From assembly GCA_949358305.1 (NCBI GenBank), contig OX442314.1:24800001-24864000 (forward strand): a DNA stretch of 64,000 bases, given 5' to 3'. The DNA comes from Strigamia acuminata. Its lineage: Eukaryota. Below the pieces are notes generated by a model, which had not been told where the DNA came from, made no database searches, and worked only from the letters and a program-made list of their open reading frames with translations. The position numbers and the translations under genes were made by a program. The number at the start of each line of letters is the position of its first letter. The stretch's first letter is position 1. Below, in pieces: positions 13,507 to 26,800 of this stretch.

Positions 13507-13919
13507 CAGTCGAAACTCTTTATAACGAATCGCAAGGGACCAGAAAAATCGATTCGTTATAATGAGACTTCGTTACATCGAAATTTTTTAACATGGTGTT
13601 CTATGGCCAGCCAACCAAACCGGCCATTTTTAGGTACCGTATTTTACCGAATAAGAGTCGCCCTCGAATTGTAGCCGCACTCGAATAGTAGCCGCGGCCG
13701 AGATAGGCGACTTTACATAAGAGCCGCCCTCGAATAGTAGCCGCGGCTATATACGTTCAATGAACGTAATAGCAGATATTGGCTCTATTTAAAATAAGAG
13801 CCGCCCCCGAATTGGAGCCGCCCCCGAATTAAAGCCGCAGCTCAAAGTGGCAGTAAAATACGGTATTCGTTATATCGATAATTCGTTATATCGCGATTCG
13901 TTATAAAGAGTTTCGACTG
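13507..13919. mobile_element. Tigger/pogo-like MITE hosting a nested MITE
   Basis: TA TSD; perfect TIR CAGTCGAAACTCTTTATAACGAATCGC; uninterrupted copy of the same family at 28187-28370. Confidence 0.85.
13637..13863. mobile_element. Nested CCGTA-type Tc1/mariner(pogo) MITE
   Basis: TA TSD; TIR CCGTATTTTAC / GTAAAATACGG; internal ccctcgaatagtagccgc repeats; related copy at 25546-25817. Confidence 0.85.
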
Positions 13920-16900
13920 TAATACTTTCTGCTTGCATACTTGTGCAGACGTTGACGGATAGTTGCAACACGTACAATCCCGGTCATGTTCACGCTAACC
14001 TAATTTAGTCATAGCCAACCGAACATGTTATATGATTGGATTGTGTATCAACATTCGTGTCATTTCATGTTTCAGCCTATCACGGATTATTTTTAAATTT
14101 AATCTCGTAAGTTACAAATCAAGTCACATACAACCTAAAACGTGTCCTCCTCGTTTTCTCTCTGCTGGTGAGCAAATTTCATGTATGAAACACATTTAAG
14201 CCTAACCCAGCCAAGAGTCAAATGGCCAAACTGTTTAAAACGATCATTCTGCGTTTTCTACTGACCCTGAAATGGTCTCTCAACCTTAACGTCATAATTC
14301 AGAATTTTTTAAAAAAAAAAGAAAGAAAATACCTTAGTGTTATCGTTCTCCTTGTGAAAATATTTGTGAGTTGCAGAAAATCGCTTTTCGCTAACAAATT
14401 CGTCGCTTTCTTCTTATCGCATCTACATAATCTTTAACATATTCCCCGAAGCACAGCGATACAAGTCGGCAGAAGTTTAACTATCAATTTAAGGAAAATA
14501 TTTTTGTTTAATTATAAAATATGTTTTTTTGTGCGCAAAGTAGCAAATTGTAAACATACCTGACTGTAACCTAATATATATTGTTGATGCGAGCAGAACA
14601 ACTTCTAAAAAGTTTATGGCAAAAAAAATAAACATTGCGTCGGCACCAAGCAGTTATGTAGATCACTAAAAACCCGAGAAGAAAAGAATCTTTTTGACTG
14701 CAGTGTGGACGAAATGTGGCGGCAGCCATCTTGGGAGAAATTCCCGCGCTGTATTTTATGCATAAGGACATAAAGCTAGAATAATAAATTTATTTATTAG
14801 GCGTTTAACCTCAAGATTGTTGCGATTCTTAACTTGAAACTTACAAATTAAATAGGTTTTGCGATAATAACGGCGTAAGCGTGAGAGAAAAAAGCGAAAG
14901 TTCGTTCTTATAACAACGGTCATGACCCGCCTCGCATTTACGACTCTTTTAAGAACGAACATGGCGCCACATGATGAGCATTTAAAGTTTTATTTTTTCT
15001 TTATGATTGTACCGTTGCGGCAGAAACCGAATTTTACAAGTTGCGTGACTGATCATAAAAAATAAATTACTCGATACATATAATTATTTTTTCTCAACCG
15101 CAAAGAAAAATAAAATAACACCAACACGGTACTAAAGCGACCTCTCACGAGCATTTACTGAAACAATAGTTTATTTTTCTGCCAGAACAAATTTTATTTA
15201 TTCATTTTTATTTATTTATATTCCCCTTGACATGGTCGTGACCCCAAAAAGATAAAAATGATTTACGTCGCTACTCACTTTAGTGACTCAAAATTATGAC
15301 ATTAAAATATTGCATTTTCTGATTTTCTCTGCCCAGTTTCACTGGCGAATTATAATTCACTGGTCACTTGTCTTTGAATAGGGCCCTAGATTTCTATATA
15401 GGGGCCCATTTGATTTAACACATTTTGTTTCTTTCAACAGCACTGCTTATTTTGGTTTTATTTTATTAATTATTTTTATTTCATGTACTATTTCATGTAC
15501 TATAGTTGGGTGCACGTGGCCAAATTTTTTAGTCCAGGGCTGGACTGGGAACAAATTTAGTACCGGGAAATCTGGATACATCGGGCCACGGAACAAATTT
15601 TTACCGGGAAATTTCGACAGGTTGGGCCACCAGATATAAAAAATGTAGTAACTACAAAACTGTTAACTATTTGTTTATGTAGGTTGAAGGTAGAACTACA
15701 ATATTACTCATTTCAAAAAGCGAGGAATTTATTTTCTACAAATTTCATTTTTGGCCGCATTCACCTGCCGGGCCAGAGTCACCCGAGTTTACAGTTGGGG
15801 CCTGTTCGGTTTTGTTAATTCATTTAATAGTTGTTTTTCTATTGTATATACATAATTTAAGACAAAATTTTAATAGCTTTTATTCATTATTCCGCGTGTG
15901 CTGCGTGAGTGACTTCTCCGTTTTTAAAATGGCAGAATCTTGGGTTTCTCTTGGCGGAGTTAGAGCATATTAAAACTTTATTTTACACAATTAAACCAAC
16001 GGTATAACTAAGGCTTTGGCGTGGATTTATTTAATTCTACTAAACTGCTGCAGCCCAAGTAATCTTTTGAAGCGTTGGTCGGCAGAAATGAAATACTGGC
16101 ACACTATCTTGTGATGTTAGCTACGAACAATCTCATTTAGAGAATTCAGCGTTGTAAATGTGCTTGCTAATCTTCATGCACAACATTTGCTATAATATGG
16201 CTTTTCATTTGTGCCACCCAGTTTAATTTGAAAATGCACGCGATCGATGCAAATTGAAAAACGAGTATAAATTCAAGAACAAAGTAATAAACTTGTTCTT
16301 ACACCAAAAACAAAAATGCCCGAATGTAATGCGCATTAGGCGCCACTATCACTTATTTATAAAAGCAATTTACAGCTCCCATTTCTGCAAAACCTTCTTT
16401 TCCTTTCTTCAACTTATTAAAACGAAAAAAAAAATTAAAGAGCGAGGAATAAATATTTAATTTTTCCCCTCAATTTAGCGTATAAATATCAGTTAGGAAG
16501 GTGGAGAGAATGTTCAAGCACGTGAAATATGTTGCTAGCCGATGTTACCAGCTCAAATTGCTAAGTGGTATGTGTCCTCCTAGATTGACCCTCGAGCACC
16601 CTCTTTAGATAAAATTGATCTTTGACCTCTTTTGGACGTGCACCACAGCAAACTCAACAATCGATACTTAACTCCACTCGACCGTCATCTGCAACACTAG
16701 TCACTGTGGCCATCTTTTATTTACGCCGTCACGAGTAAATAAATAAACTCGTGATTGATGGTTTGTCAAATTGCTAGTTAATGTTAAGCAGCAAATGTCA
16801 GATTTTAATGGTCGGAAGCATTTTTCATGATAGCGTTGACGTTTTCATACCGATAAAGTCGCGCTTTTGGTGTTCATTGGAACTGTGTTGGGACGAGGAC

Positions 16901-16959
16901 GTGAGAAAGTATTTTAAAATTACAATTTTCCGTGTAAAAAGGACTATTTTTATGCTTTG

Positions 16960-17320
16960 AAATGTATATTTGCAGTTTCTTAGTCTAAAATACTGTTTTT
17001 TGGTCTTAAAAGAGTATTTTTGGTCTGAAAATGCAGTTTTCGATCTCAAAATGCAGTTTTCGATCTTAAAATGCAGTTTTTCAGTCTGAAAATGCAGATT
17101 CCGATCTTAAAATGCAGTTTTTCAGTCTGAAAATGTAGTTTTCGATCTTAAAATGCAGCTTTCCAGTCTGAAAATGCAGTTTTTTAGTCTGAAAATGCAG
17201 TTTTTCAGTCTTAAAATGCAGTTTTTCAGTCTTAAAATGCAGTTTTCGATCTTAAAATGCAGTTTTTCAGTTTGAAAATGCAGTTTTTCGGTCTAAAAAT
17301 GCAGTTTTCCAGTTGAAAAG
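16960..17320. repeat. 21-22-bp minisatellite
   Basis: Repeated aaaatgcagttttt(c)agtct units. Confidence 0.9.
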
Positions 17321-17840
17321 TTCAATTTTGAATCTAAATCCATCGTCACACCTCCACGGTAACAGATTCTAGTTAAAGCCGCAATCCAATAAATCCGCAT
17401 AATTTATTAACTTCCCCAGGTAGCGCTCATCCCATATAGATGTTCATTTAAAATCCAATACTGACATCCAGCGACTATCCATATATTTAACTCCAAATTA
17501 GGTCACTTAAAGGACAACCAGAAAATATCGTATAATGTCAACACCCATCATGTCACTTCATCCCCCACCACTACCACCACCACCAACACACCAAAAATAA
17601 TAAAACAACGATGAATTATTCCTTCACTCATATAATTTTCGTGTTTTACATCTTTCGTTAAACATAATTTCTACCAATCTTTTGTTTTCATTCACCATTT
17701 TATTTCACTAAACATCTAATATTTTAAAAAATAAAAGTATACGAGTTCATGAAAAACAACCAATCAAAAAAAATAATATATTTTTTTTCTGATGCACTTT
17801 TTATGGCAACATTCTTCCAAACAACACGGCACTGTTTGCA

Positions 17841-20800
17841 TTACGCCGGCTCAGGCTTCGCTATGTTGTAGTAGCACAAACATTTCCTATTGTCGTAACC
17901 TCTGGTCGCGTTTTCCCAACGTTTTTTATCAGAAGAATCTCGCGGACCCCATTCCGATTCCGACTGCATCGAGTTTCTAAATTTCTAATAACAAAAAAAT
18001 TTTTTTTTATAAAAATTAATTAATTAATTAATTAAAGTCAATTTTGGCGCTTACTTCAAGTAGATTATTGCCTGGTTGTTTCCATACTGTGACAATGGCC
18101 CAAATAGGGATCTGACCGAGCGCGATGGCGGCTAAAGACCAACCGATCGCTTCGGCCCAACCTGGGTACACATAACCTGCGAGTTCAAGAGGTTCGAAAG
18201 ATACCAAAGAGTATATGAGGATGACCTGGAATAGAAAAAAGAAGGTAAAATTGATGATTTTCGGTGCGATTGCTTTGAATTTGTTAAATCGAAACCTACT
18301 GTGAGGATTATTGGGCAAAATACTGCCCACGTGACTTTCCAATAGGTTCCTATTTTGAATCCCAGCATGAAGGAGATGTCTGCGGCGAATTTTTGCATTC
18401 CTGAATCGGAAAATTCCAAACGTTACATACTGTTAGTCTAATAGATTTCATTCATATTGATTGATGGAGGGAATTTTTTGTATGAAAGGGAAATATCTCC
18501 CATTTGACAGTGAATTTCAATTCCAGTGTGGGGATGAGATGTCGGATATCCATAGCCAATTTGCATTGGATTTTTTTTGCATAAATCATGAATGTCTGGT
18601 TTAAATGGATAAAAAAAAATCTAATGCAAATTTTGATTAATTTTTTTTTTTTTTTTTTTTTTAATATTATATTTTATGTATTTTTTGTGAGCAACTAATT
18701 TTTTTCTATGAAATTTAGATTTTGTGTGATGTCGGTTGATATGGTTTTGCCAATCTCCGGTTTTTTGATTGAGATAGTGATCGTCAGAAATGAAAATAAA
18801 ATTCATACATCAGTCAAAGCCAGAGTCGGCGGGGAGATTACAAAGTCCTTCTAAAGCGCTCACACAAATACATCAATATAATAAGGTCGTTTTACAAATT
18901 TTATGCAAAATAAAATACTTTAGATGTAGAAAAATGAATTTTTACGGAATAAAACGTGTTATGTGCAAAAATTGGACCTTTTTAAACAAAAAGGTGCAAA
19001 AATTGGACCTTTTTAAACAAAAACGTGCAAAAATTGGACTATTTTAGACAAAAAAGTGCAAAAATTGGACATTTTTAGACAAAAAGGTGCAAATTTTTAG
19101 ACTAAAAAGTGCAAATTTTTAGACAAAAAAGTGCAAAAACTGCACATTTCTAAACAAAAAAGTGCAAAAACTGCATATTTTTACACAAAAAATAGCAAAA
19201 ACTGCACATTTTTAAACAAAAAAGTGCAAAAACTGCACATTTTTAAACAAAAAAGTGCAAAAACTGCACATTTTTAAACAAAAGTGTGCAAAAACTGCAC
19301 ATTTCTAGACAAAAAAATGCAAAATCTGCAAATTTTTAGACAAAAAAGTGCAAAAACTGCCAATTTTTAGACAAAAAAAGTGCAAAAACTGCCAATTTTT
19401 AGCCAAAAAAATGCAAAAACTGCAAATTTTTAGACAAAAATGTGCAAAACTGCACATTTCTAGACAAAAAAGGACAAAAACCGCAAATTTTTAGACAAAA
19501 AAGTGCAAAAACTGCAAATTTTTAGACAAAAAAGTGCAAAAACTGCACATTTCTAGACAGAAAGTGCAAAAACTGCACATTTCTAGACAAAAAAGTGCAA
19601 AAACTGCACATTTCTAGACAAAAAATTACAAAAACTGGAAATTTTTACATTAAAAAAGTGCAAAATCTAAACCACCATCAATTCAACGTCCCCCAAATCG
19701 CTCCCTCCCAACCCCAACCAAAACCATCGACGCTAACCGTATATCCACATGAGTCCCACCGCTTCGCCTATGGCAAACACAAAAGAACTAAACCCAGCAC
19801 CTAAGTTGTCAATCAGCTTGAGCACATATTGACCACCCTAAACAAAATAAACCAAAAAAAAAAACATCATTAGCACAAAATTTCACATCCCCAAAAACCC
19901 AAACTCCCAAACCCCACTTACACTAGTCACGTACGTCAACCCCATACAGTAGGCCACGATGCACAACAATATGAGAAGTTTGACTCGAGAAACACGTGGC
20001 AACTGGTCCTGCAGAACTGTCATAACGCAGCAAATATCCGCGATCTAATGAGAAATGATTAGACAGCTTGATCAAACATTGCCAACATTGCAAACCCGAC
20101 AAGAAAATCAATACCGTTGTGCCCAAAGCCAGAGTAACCATCATAAGAAAGAACATGACTGCCCATAATTGAGGCACTACATCGATCCGCGATAATGCCT
20201 CTGGATAAGCAACAAACGCCAAACTTGTTTCTGTGTTGTGAATAACAAAATCAACATTAAACTCGCGTGGCAAAATGAATTAGGCAGCGCGTCAACTTTA
20301 CCGGTTTTAATCACTTTATCTATGGGAACTTTTAGCTCGTAAGCTAAAGCTCCAATTACCGAGAAAATAGTGACGCCGGCTAGCATGCTCGTGAATGTGT
20401 CTAGAACGCTGATGATTACCGCGTCCCTGCAATTGTGGCGAATAAAAAATTAGTATTACAATGTGGGTTTGTCGGGCGGATTTGTTTACCGGTAGATTTT
20501 GTGGTCGAAACGGTTGTAGCTCGAGTAAACGATCAAAACTCCGTAACCAACGGTTAGGGAAAAGAACATCTGTTCACAAGCCTTATACCAAACCTTGAAT
20601 AAATGTTAGAATTTTTTTTTATATTTGGTTTTTAAGTTTCGGGTTTGGAGAATGATGGAATGTACAATAGGAGCGTTCCAATTGGTTAAGATAGATCCGC
20701 TTAAATGATTTAAGTTGATTTAAGTTGATAACCTCGTTTTCACTTCGGGAAATAACGTTTTTACGTTTTTCGTTTTGCTCAACTTTGAGCAAAGGGTTAC

Positions 20801-23800
20801 AGTAGAGCCTCGATTATCCGTACTAATTGGGGACGTGGGTGTTCATAAGACCGAATTGTTCAGATAATCGAACGTTATGTTTATACACATACTGTACTGC
20901 ATATGTAAATAATCATTAAAATATAGTTAAAAAGCATAAAAACCAATTAAAACCGACCAAAAATGGATAAAAACCGTCAAAAAACATTAAAAACTGATTA
21001 AAAATAGATGAAAATCGACAAGAAACATTAAAAATCGAGTAAAAAACCGATAAAAATCGTCAAGAAACATTAAAAATCGATTAAAAAACCGATAAAAATT
21101 GTCAAGAAACATTAAAAATCGATTAAAAACCGATAAAAATCGTCAAGAAACATTAAAATCGATTAAAAAACCGATAAACATAATCAGTAAAACATCGATA
21201 AAAAAATCGCTTACCGCTGTTCAGGTAACTGATTGTTCATAACCAGTGTTCCAATAATCGAGGCTCTACTGTATATAACTTATTTTCCTTTTTATTATTA
21301 TTTATTTTTCCCAATGAAACGTTCACGATCAAAGTCAAAGACCTAATTGACTGCCAATTATTAAATACAATATCAAAACAACTTTTCTGCACATGCGTGC
21401 TTGGACAATCGTTCGAATCTCAGTTACGCCCAAGCATTTCGCTTATTTTTATTCATTTGCTTAACCAATTTAAACGCCCATATTGATTTTTAAATGAAAT
21501 TGAAGGCAGGAAAGACAGATTTATGCATTTTGTTAAAAATATCCAATAAAAAATTTATTTTTGAGTAAAAATAATGAAAATTTATGGTGAGAAATTAGTG
21601 ATTTGTTTAGTGAAATTTTTTACAATATTGCAATGACACAAAAAAAGATGCTAAAATGTACAGTGAAATCCTTCAAAACATTCCGTTGTTGTGATTATCA
21701 TTTTTCTGTGATATTTCGCAATATCATCGTTTTGTCGCCCATGGGCGTCAAGCAAAAACACTCAGTGGTTATCTTTAGAAACTTTCTCAAATTCTATCAC
21801 ATTTTTTAATTAAATTTTTGCTATTGTCACTCATGACGCTTGATGGAGTTCACTGTACAAACAAGATCATTGTGCTGGACGAAAAATATTTATAACATCA
21901 TAAGAAATGACTTTGAAGTTTGAATCGGTAAAACATTCATACATTGGCCATTCTAGGGTTTCAAAATGGCAAAACAGCACTCGTTTTTGTAGCAAAATTT
22001 TGGGAAATTTTGCTGCATACACTAGTACTCTAGTAGCATTGAATTGATACGTACGGTGTGCGAGTGAGATGTTTGGCAAATGTCAAAAACTCAATATTGT
22101 TGAGCTAACCGAATATTGCAAGCAAAGTAAATAAATGTATAGACAAACACAAACAGTAAAAGCATTCATAAAGTCATGTGTAACTTGCAGTTAAACATGT
22201 TTTGTTGTTTAAATGTAGTGCGCAAAGCCCACTGCGCCTGAAAACAGACTAATCTACCGCCATTTTTGACGGTTATAGTCATTTTAGCGACGCTCATTTT
22301 AGCGATTTTTACCAAAAAGTCCCATTTTAGCGAACATGTCATTTTAGCGACACAAAAACCTAGGTTTTAGCGACAAGCCGGCTCAAAAAAGTGATTTTCA
22401 TCAAAAAACCAGTAAGGTTAGATTCGCGGGGGGTCAAGGGGGGGCTCAGCCCCCCCTTGTTAGCCCTTCTTAGGAATTAAACCTAGGTTTTTGTGTCGCT
22501 AAAATGACATGTTCGCTAAAATGACATGTTCGCTAAAATGAAATCGCTAAAATGAAATCGCTAAAATGATGTACATACATTTTTGAAGTTAGATCGAGAC
22601 AAGCAGTTTAAACATGTTATTTAAAATGCTCTTTAGTGTTTAGTCTAAATTACTTTATGAATGTGCCTAGTATAATTAAATTAAACAGATTTAATTTTAA
22701 AAAAAGTGTGTTTATTTAATTTATGAATATTTATTCACATCAATGCCACCTATTGAGCAAATGTGAACTATGCCAAGAGTGAGATTTTATTATCGCATTG
22801 CAATGAAGCGTCAACTGACTGTATTAACCACCCGGAAGTCACGTTGGTATACTCTTGTTTAACTCAAAAAGGCCTCCAAATCCCGTTGGTTGAGCCATTT
22901 TACTGGTGTAGCAATTCAAAAAAATAGACCCAAACCCCAAAATTGCATGACAATGTACAGACATTGTAATCGATTGCCTGGGTAACAGCCAAAATTTCAA
23001 TATTATATGCAACCAATAAACTGAACAAACATGAGTTTTACATTTATATGTGCATAAAACTATATTTCATAAATGGAAATAACATTTTTTAATAAGAAAA
23101 ATCAAAATTATATTAAATTAAATGGTCATAACAATCACAAAAATAAATAAAAATCAAAACTACTTCTCCTAGTGGTAGTATACAGTCTGGAGTTAGTAGT
23201 AATGAGGCTCAACCAATGGGATTTGTGGGCCTTTTTGCGTTCAACAAGAGTATAGTAATAAAATTATCCACTGTTCAATTAACACTAGCAGTACCAACCT
23301 AAAAAAATCCCCTATACACACCCAACCCAGGTCAGTTTTTACTCGAAAGCCAAAAAACTTTTTCAAAAAAGGTGTGAAAATGATTATATTCTTTGACTAT
23401 TGCATGTTTATGAAGAAATTTAACCAATTCGGTGTTTACCGAAAAAATATTACAATAATAATTGAGATTAGATTCAAAGAAAATTTGTAAAAGTTTTTTT
23501 TTTTTTTTTTTTTTAGTTTCTGAATTCATTATTTTTTATTATTATTTGTTATGATGTTTAATAAAAATGCAAAAAAATTTAGAAAAAAAATCCTGGTAGT
23601 TTTTTAAATAAACAAATAAAAACCCTTTTCGAGGTCCAAAATTGACTCTAGGTTGGGGACGGGGAGGGTTAATGCAGATATTTGTGGAATTTATGTTGTT
23701 TTAATGCAATTTAATGCAACGAATTGCTGTGTTCATTAAACTTTTTTCCCCAGCCATTTCAGGAATTTATTTACATGAAAATAGCCACTAGAGAATTTCA

Positions 23801-26800
23801 ATTCCTTCGAGATATTAAAGATAAAGATCTAGATCTTTCAAATTTAAAATGTAACAACAATGCACACTTTCTTCGTGATAAGCTTAATACTAGCTGCATT
23901 CAATAAGTCTAAAACGACTCGTTTCTGTCGTTTCGTGCGACGCCATTCCCATTGAATAACATGGTAATGACGTCACACTAATCAACACGAAACGACAGAA
24001 ACGAGTCGTTTTAGACTTTTTGAATGCAGCTACTGTAATAACATTAAATTTGAATAAGATTTGGTGATATTCTATTTAAAAATGGATTTCTTGTGTTTTA
24101 ACGACGTCCCATGAATTTTAAAAATTTAATTCGGTTTAAAGATTTGCTGCAATGTTAAGATTAGGCTCGAATTCTTAAAATTTACAGGATTTTCCATCAA
24201 TTTTGCATTCTAAGGATGCTGCAGCAACAATTGTTCTAATATTTCTTTAAAACTTTTTTCTACAATTTTTCTAATCCTTCGGATATTGCTACATTTTTAA
24301 AATTCAAAGATTTCAAGCATTTTGAGCACCGTCAAAAACAGTGAGAATCTCACAGTTTTCATAAAATCACATGGTTTTACCAATGTCAAATCTCTGAAAA
24401 ATTAAGACACTTTCAGCTTCCATTATGGGCTACCCCTCACTCCATGCATCAATTTAAAATATCATATATGTAACACCCCAGAGCCGGATTAAGTCTTGGA
24501 GAGAAATGGGGGACACTTACGACAGGGGTGCTCATGAATATTCAGAAATAAAATCTTCACACCATCTTCAAGCAAAAAAAATTGCTTTTATAGGCAAAAA
24601 AAAGCATTTTTATGGGAAATAAATTCATTTTCAGCTGAAAAAAAGTGCATTTTCACGCAAAGTAATGCATTTTCCCATTTAATAAAAATAATGCATTTTC
24701 AGGTGGAAAAAAATGCATTTTTATACAGAATAAATTCATTTTGAACTAAAAAAAAATTGCAGTTTCACATAAAATAATGCATTTTTCCCATTTAATAATA
24801 CAACAAAATGCATTTTTAAGTAGAAAAAAAGCATTTCAACCAAAAAAAGGTATTTTCAGACAAAAACATACATTTTCTTTATTTCCCCAATAGACCCCCG
24901 CCCTTTAATCCAGCTCTTAACAACCCAGTCTGATGTCCCCAAGTGAGAAATGTATTCGCAAAACATATAAATATTTTTTTTTATATTTACACTGAAATTA
25001 ACAATCAATCTAAACGTCAACCAAACTGCAATGTATAATTACCATGATATCCAATAATTTTTCCCAACGAGGAGTTATGAAGTAGAGAATTCCGTCGACG
25101 GCCCCGTCCAGTCGAACGCCAACCACGAAGAGTGTTATGAGAACGACGTAAGGAAAGAGGGCAGTGAAGTACGCTGTCTGAACGGTCCAAAAATACATAC
25201 AATCAACGATTGATTTTTGAGTTGATATAGCGAAATACGTTTACTCGGATCTCCGTGTTCCCGCCACACACTCATTTCACTAATGCATGTAGGGACACAG
25301 AAGAGCCTGCAAATTAACCTCGTCTAAGAAACAGCAACATAAACGAAAATAAAGTTGCGTGCTAGACTTTATTTAATGGGATATATTTTTTTTTCTTCCT
25401 TTTTTAAAAGCGTAAAAACAAAAGTGAAAAATAAAAAAGCATTTCGTTCTTTTTTTTTTATGAAGAATTGTAAAGTTTGTTCACTGTAAATGCTGTAATA
25501 GAACCTAGATATCCGCGTTTTTGATCAATATATTAATTGAATTTACCGTATTTTATCGATTAAGAGCCGCGGCTCTTATTCAAAACTGCCATTTTTGTCA
25601 GCAATTACAATTTTGGTTTTTCGTTTCTTACATTTGTTTAATGTAACAAACGAAGTCTGAACGTCACGAACGAAACGTACGTTCATCTTACTCGAGGTTA
25701 AATATGGAAACAATACCGTACTTTTGCGCAAAAATACGGTATTATTGGTGTCTCAGTCGCAGCTACTATTCGAGGGCGGCTACAATTCGAGGGCGACTCT
25801 TAATCGGTAAAATACGGTATTTTATTTGTTCAGTTTAGATATTGAATTTAATCGTTTTGTTTCAGAGAAGGACAAAATTTAGAATCCAAATCCATTATCA
25901 CTCCGATGATCCTCTCCAGATCTGCATTATACGAAGAATACCGCATTGAATGGGTATCCCACGTTCTATTAAGCATTTACGGTAACTGCACATTCACACA
26001 ACAATTTGAACTTTTCAGTTAGACTTTTTTGTTTTATAAATCTTCAAGGCAGCAGAAACATACCTTGCCACTACTCTTTACTCCTTTGATAGCCGATAAG
26101 AACAACACAATCCAGCATAGGAGCAAACACAGAGCCAACCGCCAGTCCACAGAGCCCATGTTGTCCAAGCCGTCAGACATTTTAAGGACGTAATTCCTGT
26201 TATAAAAAAAAGTAATTAATGATAATATACGATGAGCTGACATGCAAAAATGCAGTGAATACGTCCATTTATTCATTTAAACGCGTTAAAACCATTTAAA
26301 CGTATGTAAACCGCGTGTTTAACATGTAAAACAAATATTAAAATGTAAATTTTAGAATAAAATGATATAGCAATTCCAAATTCCAAACAAAATTATTTAT
26401 TTTACAGCTGTTTGATGTTCCTTCACCATCAAATTGCAATTATATTACAGTCAAGATGACTGGATTAACAGCTGCCAATTTATGCAATGCACAGCTGGTA
26501 GCACGACCATTTTACTACGGTCAAACCATTACATTTTAGCAGTTACTTTGAAAACCATGTTAACACGCTTTAAAACACACGCATCCAAAAATCAGAGCAC
26601 AGCAAACATCCAATTTATTCAATAAGATTAAACATTATAACTAGACATTTTCCCCATTAAATTCTTCCTTAACTCCTTTGTTTTGGTTCCATACAAAACA
26701 TAAGCATCTACAATCTACAATCTGTACTTGGTAGCTTGTTGCTAAATTCAAACACTAAATTCCATTATTTGCACACGAAAACACAAAAATCTAAAATTAT

